DNA of 64,000 nucleotides from Anthoceros angustus (lineage: Eukaryota > Plantae > Anthocerotophyta): the NCBI GenBank assembly GCA_010909165.1, contig MU008207.1:301983-365982 (forward strand). The letters are read 5' to 3'. Positions 49,925 through 62,540 of this stretch are shown piece after piece (positions within the stretch are counted from its first letter, which is position 1; every line of letters begins with the position of its first letter). A model generated the notes under the pieces. That model did not search any database. It saw nothing but the letters and a program-made list of their open reading frames with translations, and was not told the DNA's origin. A program made the position numbers and the translations under genes.

Positions 49925-52069
49925 CCGCACACGTGGAAGAGGCAATTCAACAAGTGATTCGACTTTTTTGCTCATTACTGAAGCCCCGGGCAAGTGAGGC
50001 CTTCCCTACCACTGCAATAGACGGACCGGAAGGCCCGGAGGAAGAAGGGCATGGGGATGACGGGACTCTAGTAGCCCCTGTTGGAGCCTCAAGAGGAGCG
50101 AGGACTAATGGACCCTCAGTGGTAAGTTCACCAACCCGCCGAGGCTGAAGGAGGTGACGGCACTCAAAAGGGCGCAAGAGAGGGGAGGCGAACCCACCCA
50201 AGACCCGAGTCGGGGGATGAGACCCAGCGACGAGGTCCACGATAAGTCCGGAGCTTGGGGACCGGACCGAGTGTTCTAATTCCGAGGTCCGAACTCTCAG
50301 AAACGAGGCCGGACCCAAATTGACCGAGACTCGGGAAATAAGACGGGACTCGGAGTTCGAGACTCCGGAGCCCGACTGACCTCGAGGTCCGACCTCGGCA
50401 AGAAGGAGGAGCCCCTTCGACTTACGCTGGGGAGAGTAAGGGCCCCACGGAGGGACCCACGGGGAAGGCCAGGGGAGGATGACGTTAGGTACCCAAGGCA
50501 TCGCCACCGCCACGAGCTAACCCGACAGATTCCGAGAGAGGAGGGGTCGCCTCACGGATCATCCGATTGCGCGCCCAACTGTCAGACGGGAGATTGGACC
50601 ACCAATCCCAAGGCGGAACCGGACCTTCCAGCCCCCACCGAAGGAGATAGGGAGGAAATAGGATGGTAGGCGGTTAGGTATACTTGACGTACATCCGCTA
50701 ATAGGTGTAATAAAGACGCCCAACTTGGGCGTAGTATAAGGGGTCACGTTTCGAATAAATCATCTTTCTCTTGGTGTTGATGCCGCTGCCTTACCCTTGT
50801 GTGTCTCCTTGCTAACGTGAGTCTGAATATCGAAAGGTGCACGGCATTTCCGGAGAGAGATTGATCGGTCCAGTGACGGACCTAACGTGTTGTGGTGTGT
50901 GCGAGGGAGACTGGGATCCGTGCTCGTCTGCAGCCGCGCCCGGCCAACGGACTGAACGTGAGCCGGAGGGACTCGGGGCGGCGTATTCCGGACGGAGAGG
51001 CCCGGCGAGCAGCCGGAGGAGGTCCGGACTGGTAACCCGCGTCCTTTCCTCAAGGCCGATAAGTGTAGTGTGAGGGAGAGAGGAACGGACTAGAGGTGTG
51101 AGTACGAACGATACTTCTGGACGCTAACGGGTTCTAAACGTTTGCCATCGGCTGGCGTGAACGCTATGTAATAGTTAGACGCTGAATACAATGTGCTGGG
51201 ACCGAGCGGACGCAGCAAGACGGTATCGCTCGAAATATTTTGCAAAGCGAGCTGTCATTCGACATAGGAAACGGACTCCTTCCTAGCGACGACGGATTGT
51301 GCGGCGGTTGGCCGTCGGTAGTCAGCGCTGACTATTAATAGTATGAATTGTTTTGCATTACTAATTTTGCAGATGGAATTTTGGCTTGGAGGCAACTTTA
51401 CAATTATGCTCAACATCATATTTTTATGATGCACAAATTGTGCATCACTTTCTTGACTCCTTCTCATGGGGCAAGGAGGAGATTGAAGGCTGCATCAAGG
51501 AGAATGCATCAAATTATAATAATTCGATAAATTTATAGATCCAATTGAAAGAGATTCTAAATTTATTAGCAATTTTATTGGTGCAATCTTATAAAATCAG
51601 AGAATCAAGGAGAGTTGATTGAGGTTGGCTAAGAGAGATTTACTTACTTGTTTTAGTTTATCACAAGTAGAATCTCTAGTTTTAGCACTCCAACACATTC
51701 CTAATCTACATGTCGGTCTGTGATTAGTAGCACGATTCTCAGCCTCCTTAAATCTATCAAAATAGATTTAACTTAGACATGATGTCATTAGTAGACAATT
51801 GTCGTTTTGGCTCATGCCTTCAATCATTTAGCTGGATGCATTGAAGACTTAGATACTAAAATGTCTAAAAGTTCCCCGTAAATTCACATTTTACCGCATT
51901 CTGCTTTTGATATGATTGGAGCATCGGTGAAATCTCCTCCAAGACAAGACGCTAGTCGTGGTCTTTAAACATCACCGCCATGGCTAGTCGGGAAGATGAG
52001 GAGAGCAACTTGACTAAGAAGTCAACATCAACAAGGACCCTATTGAGACCAAATCAATGGTTGTCAATA

Positions 52070-55000
52070 ATTATGGAGACAAAGAAAGAAAAGGATGATT
52101 CAATGGCAAGGACTACGACGTCTGGCGCGAATGAGGGAGTATGTAAGTGACCTATGGGATATTGTCGGAGCCTTAGAGCGCCCAAGATGTCAAAACGCAC
52201 TGGATGCGAAGGATGAGAGAGCCGGATATGATTATCGGTCTCTCTCTCCATATGGTATGGCAAATCAACAGGCAGGATCCTCCAAGGAAATGTGGGATCA
52301 CCTCGCACAATTATACTCCTCCAAGGATGTTATGAGTCGATGACGCTACTCGTAACTTCCAACCTTAAGATGAGGGAATCGACACCATTGAACACCATAT
52401 TAGTGCTTTTCGAATGGCAAGATCCCAACTTGAAGCGCTTCCAACTCCAAGCTCTCCGAGTTAACATGCTTTGTTGCATTATTATCCTCTCTTCCATCCT
52501 CCTATAGATAGACAACTCAACTCAGATTGAGAACAGCCCGAAAAATATGGACAAGCATGATACCTTGGACATAAGTATAAATGAGTTGATCGGAGCATTG
52601 ATACGGAGGAGTCCGACGCCAAGACTCACGAACTAGCCGGCAAGAAGTGATGTACAGGAAGAGGCGAGGAAGTCCGAGGCCGAAACGACCTCCTTCCACT
52701 AAGCCCGCCACTTCATCCAGCTTCATGGAGCTTCTCCGCCTTCTTCTACACCGCAAGAGGTAATAAGAAGACGGAATTATTTGCAATTGGTAATCCCAAA
52801 TCACATGGAGAAGGACGGAAGGAAGAAAATGGTGAGCCTAGGAAAGAGGCCTCACACATATGTTGTGCGTGAAGAAACCATCCTCTTCAACTCCTTCCGC
52901 TTACGATGCCCGCATCCTCCGCCTACAAATCAATTACGGTACCTTGATAGTGGAGCTACCTCACACATCTGTCATGACAAAGACTCCTTTGAGTCATATT
53001 CCCCAACCACAGGACACGATCCCCTCTTGGGTGATGATCACAACCTCCAATAGTGCAGTTGGTTGTCCTCGGATGTTCCACAGTCGACTCTTCACTTACG
53101 TCATGTCCTTCATGTACCAGCCATGTGTAAAATCTAGTCTCCGCTAGTTTATGTCATGCACATACTATGCAAGTCACACTTTATGCAGATAGTTGTCTTA
53201 TTTCATACACCTCCAATAAGTCACATGCCATCTGCATAGGCATACTAGAAGATGGGCTATACAAACTTTCAGCTCAAGTGGGTCCCACATTCCATCAATG
53301 TCGCGTCCCCGCACCACCCAGCCATACCATGTTGTGGCATTGTCGTGGCCATCCTAATAGCCAAAAATTAGTACAAATGTCTAAGGCAGGAAATCTATAC
53401 CGCACACCCTGTCTTTCTCAAATTCAACACCTTCCATGGTGTGAGACTTGTGTCATTATCAAAAGACATCAAGCCCCCTTCCAGAACATCTCTCTACAGA
53501 GGGCGACATCTCCTCTAGGGCTTGTTCATACAGACATTTGTGGCCCTATATCTACACCTTCCTTCAGTGGTAGTAGATATTTTTTTACCTTCATCGACGA
53601 CTACTCCCGCTTTACACTCACCTATATCCTTAATCACAAGGGTGATACTTATCATTTCTTCAAGGACTATATGGCCTGGGCGGAGAGATTAACAGAGAAG
53701 AAACTCAAGACCCTACGCTCCGACAATGGTGGCGAGTTTGCTTCTAAACAATTTGAGGACTTTTGCCGAGCTCAAGGTATAGCTCAACAACTCACTGTTG
53801 TATACACTCCTCAACAAAATGGCGTAGCTGAAAATAAAAATCTGCGCCTTCAAGAGATCATTGGCTGCTTGTTAACCCAAGCAAATTTACCCAAAGTATA
53901 TGAGGCACTCGCCACATATCTCATGAATCGATCGCCCACTGCATCAAGGTATGACACCTTATGAAGCCTTTATCGGCAAGAAGCCTTCTATTGATCATCT
54001 CGCATTTTGGATCTCCGCATATGTCTTATTCCTAAAGCATTGAAGAAGTTAGATCCGAAAGCGCCGATATACTTTTATTGGTTATACGGAAGGAATCAAG
54101 GGCTATAAATTATTTGATCCTTCCACCAAAAGCTTCTTTATGCTCGCGTCACTTTTCATGAACATTCCCTATTTTCTCCTTGGGAGATCTAATGCCTCCC
54201 CATCCTTCATCTCGATGCGAGCCCGAATGTTCTTCTTTTGATACTAGTGACTACATTATGGACTTCCCTGTCGCTCTCCGTGTCCCTTCCGATGGACCTA
54301 TTATGCGAGGAGGAGGAGTTAGCCCCTTCACGTCCCGACTCACCTTCATTAGATGAGGAACCTCAACATTTTGAGGATATTCGATGATCCGGACGAACGA
54401 GCGTGACCACAGTATTTAGTTGAGGACCCTCCTCAGGAATCAACCCTTCTTGAAGACGTAGAAGACGAGCAACCTGCACAAAGGTACAATCTCGTAACGG
54501 ACCAACCATCCTCGGTCCTGCAGTTGGAAGGAGCCTCCTTTGGGATACCTACTTAGCGATATCGTGCAACTATTGACCCAAGAACCCACTACTCTCAAAC
54601 AAGCCTTCTCATCCTCGAAAAGGACTTATGGAAGGCAGTGAGATTCTGAATATGACTCCTTGATCAAGAATTCTACATGGAATGTCAAACCCCTAAGGGA
54701 GGAAGATAGTGACAAGCAAATGGGTATTTAAAATCAAGAGAAAAGGAGATGGTTCCATTGAAAGATATAAGGCACGTAGTAGCCGAGGCTTTACACAAAT
54801 CGGCCTAGACTACGACCTTGGGCCACTTATGCCTGTAGCCAAATTTGCTAGCCTCCGAATGATATTTGCCTTATCTGCCCAGTATGATCTTGAACTCCAT
54901 ATGATGGATGTAAAGACAGCATATTTACATGGGCATCTACAAGAAGAAATATACATGAAACAACCTGAGGGTTATGAGGTTAAAGGCAAAGAAGATTTGG

Positions 55001-56090
55001 TGTGTAAGCTTATTAAATGTATCTACGGATTGAAGCAATCCGGTAAGGAATGGAACACCGTAATACATATTAAGCTTATTAAACGAGGTTTTAGACAAAG
55101 CAAGGCAGATTCTTGCATGTATATCTTAATCTCGGAAAAGAGATAATTTACCTCTTACTCTACGTCGACGACGTATTTATGGCTTCCTCTTCATCCTCTC
55201 CAGCCGAGATTAAAGCTTGGTTAAGAAGTCATTTTGAAATGAGATCTTGGAGAGTCGACTTACGCACTTGGTGTTAATATTATGAGAGATAGAAGTCAGA
55301 AGACTTTAAGCGTTTTCAAACAAAATATATTAAGGAAAGCTTAATCAAATTTGGATTAGAAGACTAAACCTCTCACCTTTTGCTAGTGGGATACGACTCA
55401 CGTTGGAAATGAGTCCCAAAAGCAGATGCATAAGTTACGATGTCGCTAGCCTTATCGACATCTTGGCACACTTATATATTTGAGCAACTTCACTAGGCTG
55501 ATATAGCTTTTGAAGTTAGTGCTTGTTCACAATTTTGGAGAATCCGTCGTGAACATTGGGCATCCGTCAAACGTATATTTAGGTACCTTAAGGGTACAAT
55601 GAATACGGATTAGTTTATCAACATACACCAAGTATGAACAAACCAATATTAACGGCATATGCCGATGCCGACTATGCTGGTGATCCCGACACGGCGATCA
55701 AGATCGCTATGTACTTATGCTATGCAAAGCTCCCATATCATGGTCAAGTAAGAAACAAACGACCATTGCCCTTTCAATCGAGTCGAGTATAGAGTACTAA
55801 CCTCGGTTAAGGATATTGTATGGAGTAGGTTAGCCTTAAGTGAGCTCAATCACACACAAGACAACCCTACACCTCTATACGTTGATAGTCAAGGAGCCAT
55901 AGCATTAGCCGTAAATCGCTTTTCCATTCTAGGACTAAACACATAGTCGAATACCATTACATTAGAGAAATGTTGGGAAATAAAACTATTGATATTAGTT
56001 ATATTCAAACTCGTGATAACGCATTTGATTTATTCACAAAGTCCCTTGGTCGAATTACATATTAAACATATGAAGACCTTAGGTATATTA
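52070..56090 (+). pseudogene. pol: Copia B gag-pol (frameshifted)
   Basis: SSKEMWDHLAQLY; YLDSGATSHIC; VHTDICGP..FIDDYSR..LRSDNGGEF..TPQQNGVAE; MDVKTAYLHG; LYVDD; AYADADYAGD. Confidence 0.95.
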
Positions 56091-56423
56091 GATACCAAGT
56101 CAATACCAACCTAACCAAGAAGATCGACTATCTCCGATTAAGTTAACCTTATTTCTTCAAGCCCATTTCTTAACTACATATTCCATTTCCTCTTCAATTT
56201 CTAAATGGTCTTCGTAGTATTCCCAAAGATCCTTGCTAAGTGCCCAAGGATCCTAAACCATAGTGCAAGAAGGGTCAAAATAATATTTCTTTATTATAAC
56301 TTTTGCTTATTGAGAACACTTACTATAGATGTGCTTAGTGTGTCCTCCTCGAACTCCTTACACGCTCGAACCTAGTCACACCATGTGGATTCGGTAATTT
56401 GGTACACATATTCAACTGGAGGG

Positions 56424-57371
56424 TTAGAAGCCGCATAATCTCCGTGGCACACTATGTAAGTGGTAGTGGTCAATCCACCTTCGCATGCATGCTAGCTTGG
56501 ACTTCCTTGCAATATAGCTTGGACTCGCACGCTTAATGGGTGGATCACAAGTCTTAGGAGACTTGCCCTTGCATAAATTTTCGAAAATCAGTATCAATTT
56601 CGGTGAATCGTCGAGGGAACATTTCAGACGTATGAGCATATGTGGGCATGAAAGTTGGTTCCTACCTTTGCTATTAGATTCTTCATGAAGGTATATTTTC
56701 ATTTTGATATCTCGATTACACCAACGTGCACCGCAAAGAGGTGTGTTGTGATGAAGATCAATTGTCGGCATTCCAGCCATTCGCGATTCAACCCATGTTT
56801 TCACATACTGTTCAAAATTTGAGGCTTCACCATCTACGAGGTTCCACTCACACTTGTTGTTTCCAATGGTATAGTCATGGCGGCCATCTTCCACAGCCTA
56901 CGATGCCGTCGTGCCTTCCGCTTGACCTTATGATATGTGAATTTCCAGCCACTTTAGGAAACAGATGGATATCCGCCATGATTGCATCGGCAATCCGCTT
57001 ATTCTTCCTTGTGGTGCAGCAGACCATCCGACCGGCCGCAATGCCGTTGTGGTATGAAATTGTGGTCCGCAATGGAAGGAATCCTCCCAACGGACTGTGT
57101 TGTAGGAGGTCGGAGGATCTTTTGCAAATTCAGCCTTCGGATGCTTTCCGCCATGGATGTCCTGTGAGCACGCCTAAGGGCGCCTGTTGAGGGGAGAACA
57201 CAAGCGGCCGCAATGGCGAATAAATAGGAAGGTATGAAGACGAGGTATCGCAATCAAGCCCCACACATGCGAAACGCCAGCTATTTGCTGGACTAGAACT
57301 CTAGGCTGGCGCCTCGGAAATGGTCGACGGAAAAATCGGCGACGCACCGGGGGGCGAGCCGGCTCCGCCAT
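56424..57371 (-). pseudogene. Antisense extra ORF remnant in the Copia B 3' region
   Basis: Overlapping minus-strand ORFs 57174-57371, 56999-57253, 56875-57090 and 56424-56894 tile ~950 bp. Confidence 0.5.
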
Positions 57372-57622
57372 AGCCGCGCCGGGCGGCTTGCTGTGGCTCT
57401 CGCGGTGGACGACGGCGAACCGCCAAGCCCGTCTGCTTAAGTTTTCTTTTCGGCATTTTCATTTTAAAAATATTTTCCTATTTTCTTATATAGGTTATTT
57501 CCTTTATGTTTTTAAATTAATTTTGCTTAAGGTCTAGTCTTCGCTTTAGGCCTATTTTGGCTCATTTTGAAGCTAGAAAAATCCTCTATTTTGTCACCCC
57601 TAGTTCACAAAGTGAGTGGGAG

Positions 57623-57885
57623 TGATGAAATATATTAGGTATAGGGCACTATTCACTAGGGCACCTTTACTTAATGATTATTATATGCCTAGGGCACTAA
57701 GTAGTTTTCTTTAGGTGGTTATTTAGGTAGTTAGTTGTTATAACCACTTATGGTTATAACCACTTATAGTTACAACAACTTATGGTTGTAACCACCGACT
57801 CTACCTACTATTTAAACACTCTTGTATTTTCTATTATGTAATGCAACCTCTACAAGACTCTTTGCAAGCAGCGTGATTCTCATCA
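57623..57885 (+). repeat. Copia B 3' LTR
   Basis: Near-identical to 21472-21736; preceded by the PPT aagtgagtgggag. Confidence 0.95.
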
Positions 57886-57978
57886 TGTCCGGGCTCATTG
57901 ACATGGCCTCTTTGTCCCGAAGAGGTTCCCCTGTCATGTGACATGACATAATCCACAAGATAGATCAAATGGCCTCGC

Positions 57979-59368
57979 TTAGAAAGGGGTTTCTCCCACA
58001 AAGGGGTTTTGGAAAAATCCCAACCCTATTTCGCCGGAACTCAAGTTGGTTTGGTTTTGTTGGTTTTGTAGGTGTTCATCCATCGGGCATTCTCGGCCCG
58101 CACCACTTCCTGTCGAGTCATTTACACCGCCCTTATACTGTGTTCATGGCGATTTAGTCGGTGTGATGAAGGGCTGACCTCATTGTTCCATAATTTCGCC
58201 ATGTCCGTAGTTTCGCATTTTGTGTGGTTTTGTATGTTTTGTATACCAGGGCCTAGGCGTAAGTGCCTAAACAACGCTTATGTGCAAACTTGTGCATGCA
58301 CTGCAAAAAGAACGCAAAATGATCTTCTAATGGGGAAGCATGTCCTTTGGCGGTCGAGGATGTGCCGAACTCCCGACAAAATAACAAGTAGTACATCATG
58401 GAGGTTCACCTAGACCACTCTTATATACCTATCCTATGCCCTAATGCGATGAAGAACACCCTATCCCTTTTATTCTTTACGGTGCCGCCTCTTTTCTACG
58501 TGACCTAGTACCGGTTATCATCAAACATGCTAGGGGCCCACTGGTGAACAAGTGCATGCACCAGGGGGCAAGGGCAAGTGCGCGCACCACGGGCAGGGGC
58601 CTGGTGTGCACACCAGGAGGGGGTGCGCGCACTTGTGCGCGCACTGTGGCAGGATGCCCGGTGCAGACCAGCGCGCACCGGGGCAAGGAGGCGCAAGTGT
58701 GCACACAAGTACACGCACCCAAGGTCAAGAAGGGCTTGGGAGCATGAACCCAAATGGTTCATGCCTTTAGTGCATTCCTGCGTTCATCCAAAGAAAAAAG
58801 AGCAAAAAGTCTTAAAATTCTAAAAACCCTTAAAGTACAAAAAGTCCAGTTTTGGTAAGTCTGTGATTTGCTCTAAAAACCTGACAAATTTTTGCATTTT
58901 TTGTATTTTTTGATATTTTTGTTGTTTTAAAGGGTTCCTTTCAACGCTTTTCAACCTTTTTGTGCAGCACCCTAGTGGATATGTTCTTATCTTTACTTAA
59001 CCCTTATCTTTTCTAGTAGTTAAAACTTTGAACTAGTAGGTGAGAACCTTTGCATCTTTTGAATCTTGAGACGTTTGGGCGTGGCAAACAAGTGCGCAGC
59101 ATGCCACTCTCATTCTCGTGACTAGACGTGGATCAAGAGCATCAGCCAAGAAGATATTATTGTCCCAATGTCTAAGGAACAAAGTCCCCAGAAATTCTGA
59201 GCGAGAGTATAGTCATAGGATTGACTAGTGAATGAAAGGTAGGTGCGTAAACAAGTTTATGACCGTAATTACAAGCCCTAAAAACTCTAAATGTGCGGAT
59301 TTTCAAGTGCAAAAGGTCCCGCCAAGTCTCAGGTAGCAAAAGGGGTTTCAGGGAGAAACCCTTTCTAA
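57979..59368. mobile_element. ~1.4 kb non-coding insertion with terminal inverted repeats inside Copia C pol
   Basis: ttagaaaggggtttctccc (57979-57997) vs gggagaaaccctttctaa (59351-59368); host INT-RT linker on both sides. Confidence 0.6.
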
Positions 59369-59379
59369 ATGTACATCAC

Positions 59380-61580
59380 AGTACCCGCTGTGAGGCGTGT
59401 AATCCCGCTCGACCTACAAAGCATTGTGCACCTCTATAGGAGGTTGTTCACTCTTGGTTCATCTATCATGGAGGAATGTGCTCTCAGACATTACCACATT
59501 TATCAACCCGCCCATGATGATCATGTCCACCTTCTTGAAGATCACCTTCGCACCTCCACGCTGGAGTAGGCTTCCTGCATCTTGTTCTCATTGAAGAACA
59601 CGCGTTAGTACGAACAACCTTTCTAGCCTCGGATCCCACAAACGGTATCCCATCTCACCGAATCACCATAGCCAAGAAAAATACATTTCTTGGACTTAGG
59701 TGCCAACTTGTCCCGAAACTCTTTTGGAACATGGCAAGATGCCTCACGCCCAAACACTGCAGATGCTTGTAGGATGGTTTCTTTCCGCACCATAGCTCCT
59801 CGAACTCGCCATCAACCTTTATTAGGAGATCTTAATAAGATGAACTGCTGAGACACCGCTCGCCCAAAACCCATTAGGCAATCCGAGTTTGACAACAAAC
59901 CACGATCCTCTCCTCGAATGGGTTTCATCCGCCACACCATTTTGTGGAGGAGTATCACATTCTTTTGATTCCCTTGGAATCACGTAATGACCGAAAGCTT
60001 TAAACATACTTCCACCATTATCCGCCCCTTAGACACTTCAATCGGTACTGATTCTCTAAGGGTGACAAATTTCAAACACCGGAACTTCATCCTTTTTCCT
60101 CAAAGGATAAACCCACACCTTGCGTGAGAAATCATCTATGAAAGTGACAAAATAGAGGCACCGCCTAATGATGCAAGAGGCATAGGTCCACATACATCAC
60201 GAACCAACTCAAGAGGTTTACTCTACTTTACCTCTGTTCGATGTGATGATTTTGTCTGCTTCCCATATAAAAGTGCTCACACATCGAGAGATCGAGAAGT
60301 TAAGAACAGGATATAACCGTAACGAGATAAAACCTTCATTCCCTTCTCGAGACATATGTCCTAACCGCAATGCCACAAGGAAACATTTGCTCACATGATC
60401 ACATGATCTTTGATGTTGTTTACCAAGTGAGTACAAAGTGCCACACTTCGATCCACGAGCTAACAAAGAGAACCTTTGGAGATCTTCCAAGAGTGATCCC
60501 CAAACCAGAGTGGTAACCAAAGATCATCCAACCGCCGCGCTAATCATGCTTTTTGTCAACTTCGAACATGCCTAACGCCCTTCAAAGATGAATGAAGATC
60601 CGTTGTCAAACTTGAGTTGCACATCACCTACGCGCGATCCGCATGCATAGTTATTTCCAAGCCTAACGCATCCTTTCCTTGTAGCATCATACGTGCTAAA
60701 CCACTCTATGAGGAGTAACATGGAAAGATGCACCGAGTCAATTATCCAATTGCGAATAAATGACTATCCACGTAAGTGCAAGATTCAAGTAAGAAGAGAT
60801 AAGGACATCTCCGTCCTCTCAAGTAGTTTAACTCTTCCAACACGATTTAAGTCGCCTTCTTCCGCTTCTTCTTTTCCTTGGTCCTTTTGAACTTCTCGCA
60901 CTCTCTTTGAAGTGACCCTTTGTGACAATAGTGACACTCCACATTCTTGTTACGACTACGAGATTTGCTAGAGAAGCTTCCGTCCGGTTGCTTCCCTTCG
61001 CAGTGGACCTCCCTCTCACTATGAGGGCACCGGAACCTTTGGAAGGTTCCATATTTTCCTGCTCACCTCCAATGTGCTACCTTCTACATTTACAATGGTA
61101 AGACCACTAGCGGTAATTACTCGAGTGCATTTAAAGGTGTCCCAACTCCGTAATGTGACCAATAAACATAGCTCTCACTAACTGGGAATGTGATACCTTG
61201 AGATGAGAGCTGGAAAATGGTATTGAAATCATTCGATGATCGGACATCCTCGTCCCTTCCTTCATCTTCAAGTCCACCACTGTTTCAACCAATACACGAG
61301 AAGCCGCACTTTGCTTCTCACACAGTCACATTTCCGCCACAAGTAACTCGTGGTCTTATCTTTCACATTGAAGTACACGCTTTTGACAATGTTAGCATGA
61401 TAGTAGATCTAGCAAGCTCATCGTCCCGCCACTCATCCCGTGGTCATACTATCCGGTTTGACGCCTAACAACTTTATGGGCTTGATCCGCTTTCGCACTA
61501 GAACATTATACACTTGTTCTTTCCGACGGGAAGTTAGTACCATCTAACTTCTCGATATTGAACATGACGTCGATGATGAA
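59380..61580 (-). pseudogene. pol: Copia C gag-protease-integrase
   Basis: NIEKLDGTNF, NWIIDS, DVCGPMP, YFVTFIDDFSRKVWVY, TPPQNGVA, KLAPKSKKCIFLGY. Confidence 0.92.
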
Positions 61581-62289
61581 GACATCATGACTCAAAATCG
61601 ATATGACAAAACACTACTCGCCTTTGTCGAAAAGTCAAAGAAGCAGCCACCGCGCCCGTGTATTTTGCCGCTGATTCCACCGAGTATCCATTCGACGATT
61701 TTCGCCACGCCCGCCACCGCCTGCGCCCGCACTGCTTGCTACCGCGCCACGGCCTGCTCGCCACGCGCGCCCGGCCACGCGCGCGCCACGCGGCGCGGGC
61801 GGCCGGCCGGCCTCACCTCCCGCACGGCCGGCGCCGCGGCGCTCGCCGCGGCACGCGCGCCTGCGGCCCTGGCGCGGCCGGGCGCCGCGGCCGGCCGCGG
61901 CCCCGCTGGCGGCGCGCGCGGCCGGCTGCGGCTCAAGGCCACGCTGCGCGCCGCTTCGCGTGGCGCGGCCGCGCCGCGGCGCTCAAGGCGCCCCGGCCGC
62001 GCCGCTGCACGCGCCGCGGCCCCGCCGCTTCCCGCGCGCGCCACCCGCGCGCCGCTGGCGCCGCGCCCCGCCGCCCGCCTGATGGGCCTCGCTGCGCTCG
62101 CACGCTCGGCCGGCCCGCCCGCGGCCTCCACGGCGGCTCGCGCGGCACGGCCCGGCCAGGTCGCGCCTGCCTCGCCACGCTCGCCCCGCGCGCTCGCAGC
62201 CTCGCCGCGATCCGGATCACTGCAATTCCACAGCCGCCGCCTGCTAGAAAATTCTAGCATCACAACACAACCAAAGGCTCGATACCGCT

Positions 62290-62540
62290 TGAAGGATCGT
62301 GGGCAGCCCATGATGGTGGAAAGAGGAGAGGAGAGGAGGAGGCAAGTGTAACTCTCACATTGAGATGAGGCTTGGAGGGTATTTATACCTCCAATAGGCT
62401 CCCTAGGAAGCTCCACAAGAAGCCCCTAGGAAGGAGCACAAGAAGCTTCCTAGTGATTAGCTTCGCTAAACTAAGGATACTTAATCGACACTCTAACTTA
62501 GACTAAGTGTAGTCTAAGTATTGGGCTTTAATAATTTACA
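62290..62540 (-). repeat. Copia C 5' LTR
   Basis: Preceded on the plus strand by gctcgataccgc (degraded PBS-Met reverse complement). Confidence 0.9.

Larger units (their letters stand above)
21830..51140 (+). mobile_element. Gypsy solo LTR G2 (~4.4 kb: 21830-24978 plus 49925-51140), split by G1
   Basis: Ends tgttt...ctaaac(a), probable TSD ggttt; TATA gtataag near 50735 and aataaa near 50754; its 3' part recurs at 5028-5780 next to a PBS-like site. Confidence 0.65.
21472..57885 (+). mobile_element. Copia element B, recent, containing G2 and G1 in its 5' leader
   Basis: Near-identical ~265 bp LTRs, PBS tggtatcgagc 21737-21747, PPT 57609-57622, gag-pol on the plus strand; imperfect TSD tgtta/tgtcc. 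Confidence 0.9.
19774..62540 (-). mobile_element. Copia element C, outermost host of the 36 kb nest
   Basis: LTRs 19774-20033 and 62290-62540 (TG...CA), degraded PBS-Met 62277-62288, PPT next to 20034; coding reads through the B insertion (KEAMS..PD | KQKWEKAMQSEMNSL); LTRs visibly diverged, no TSD. Confidence 0.85.

Noticed and set aside
61587-62416. Long Ala/Arg/Pro ORFs on both strands
   Set aside because: Explained by extreme GC content in the Copia C leader; no motif.
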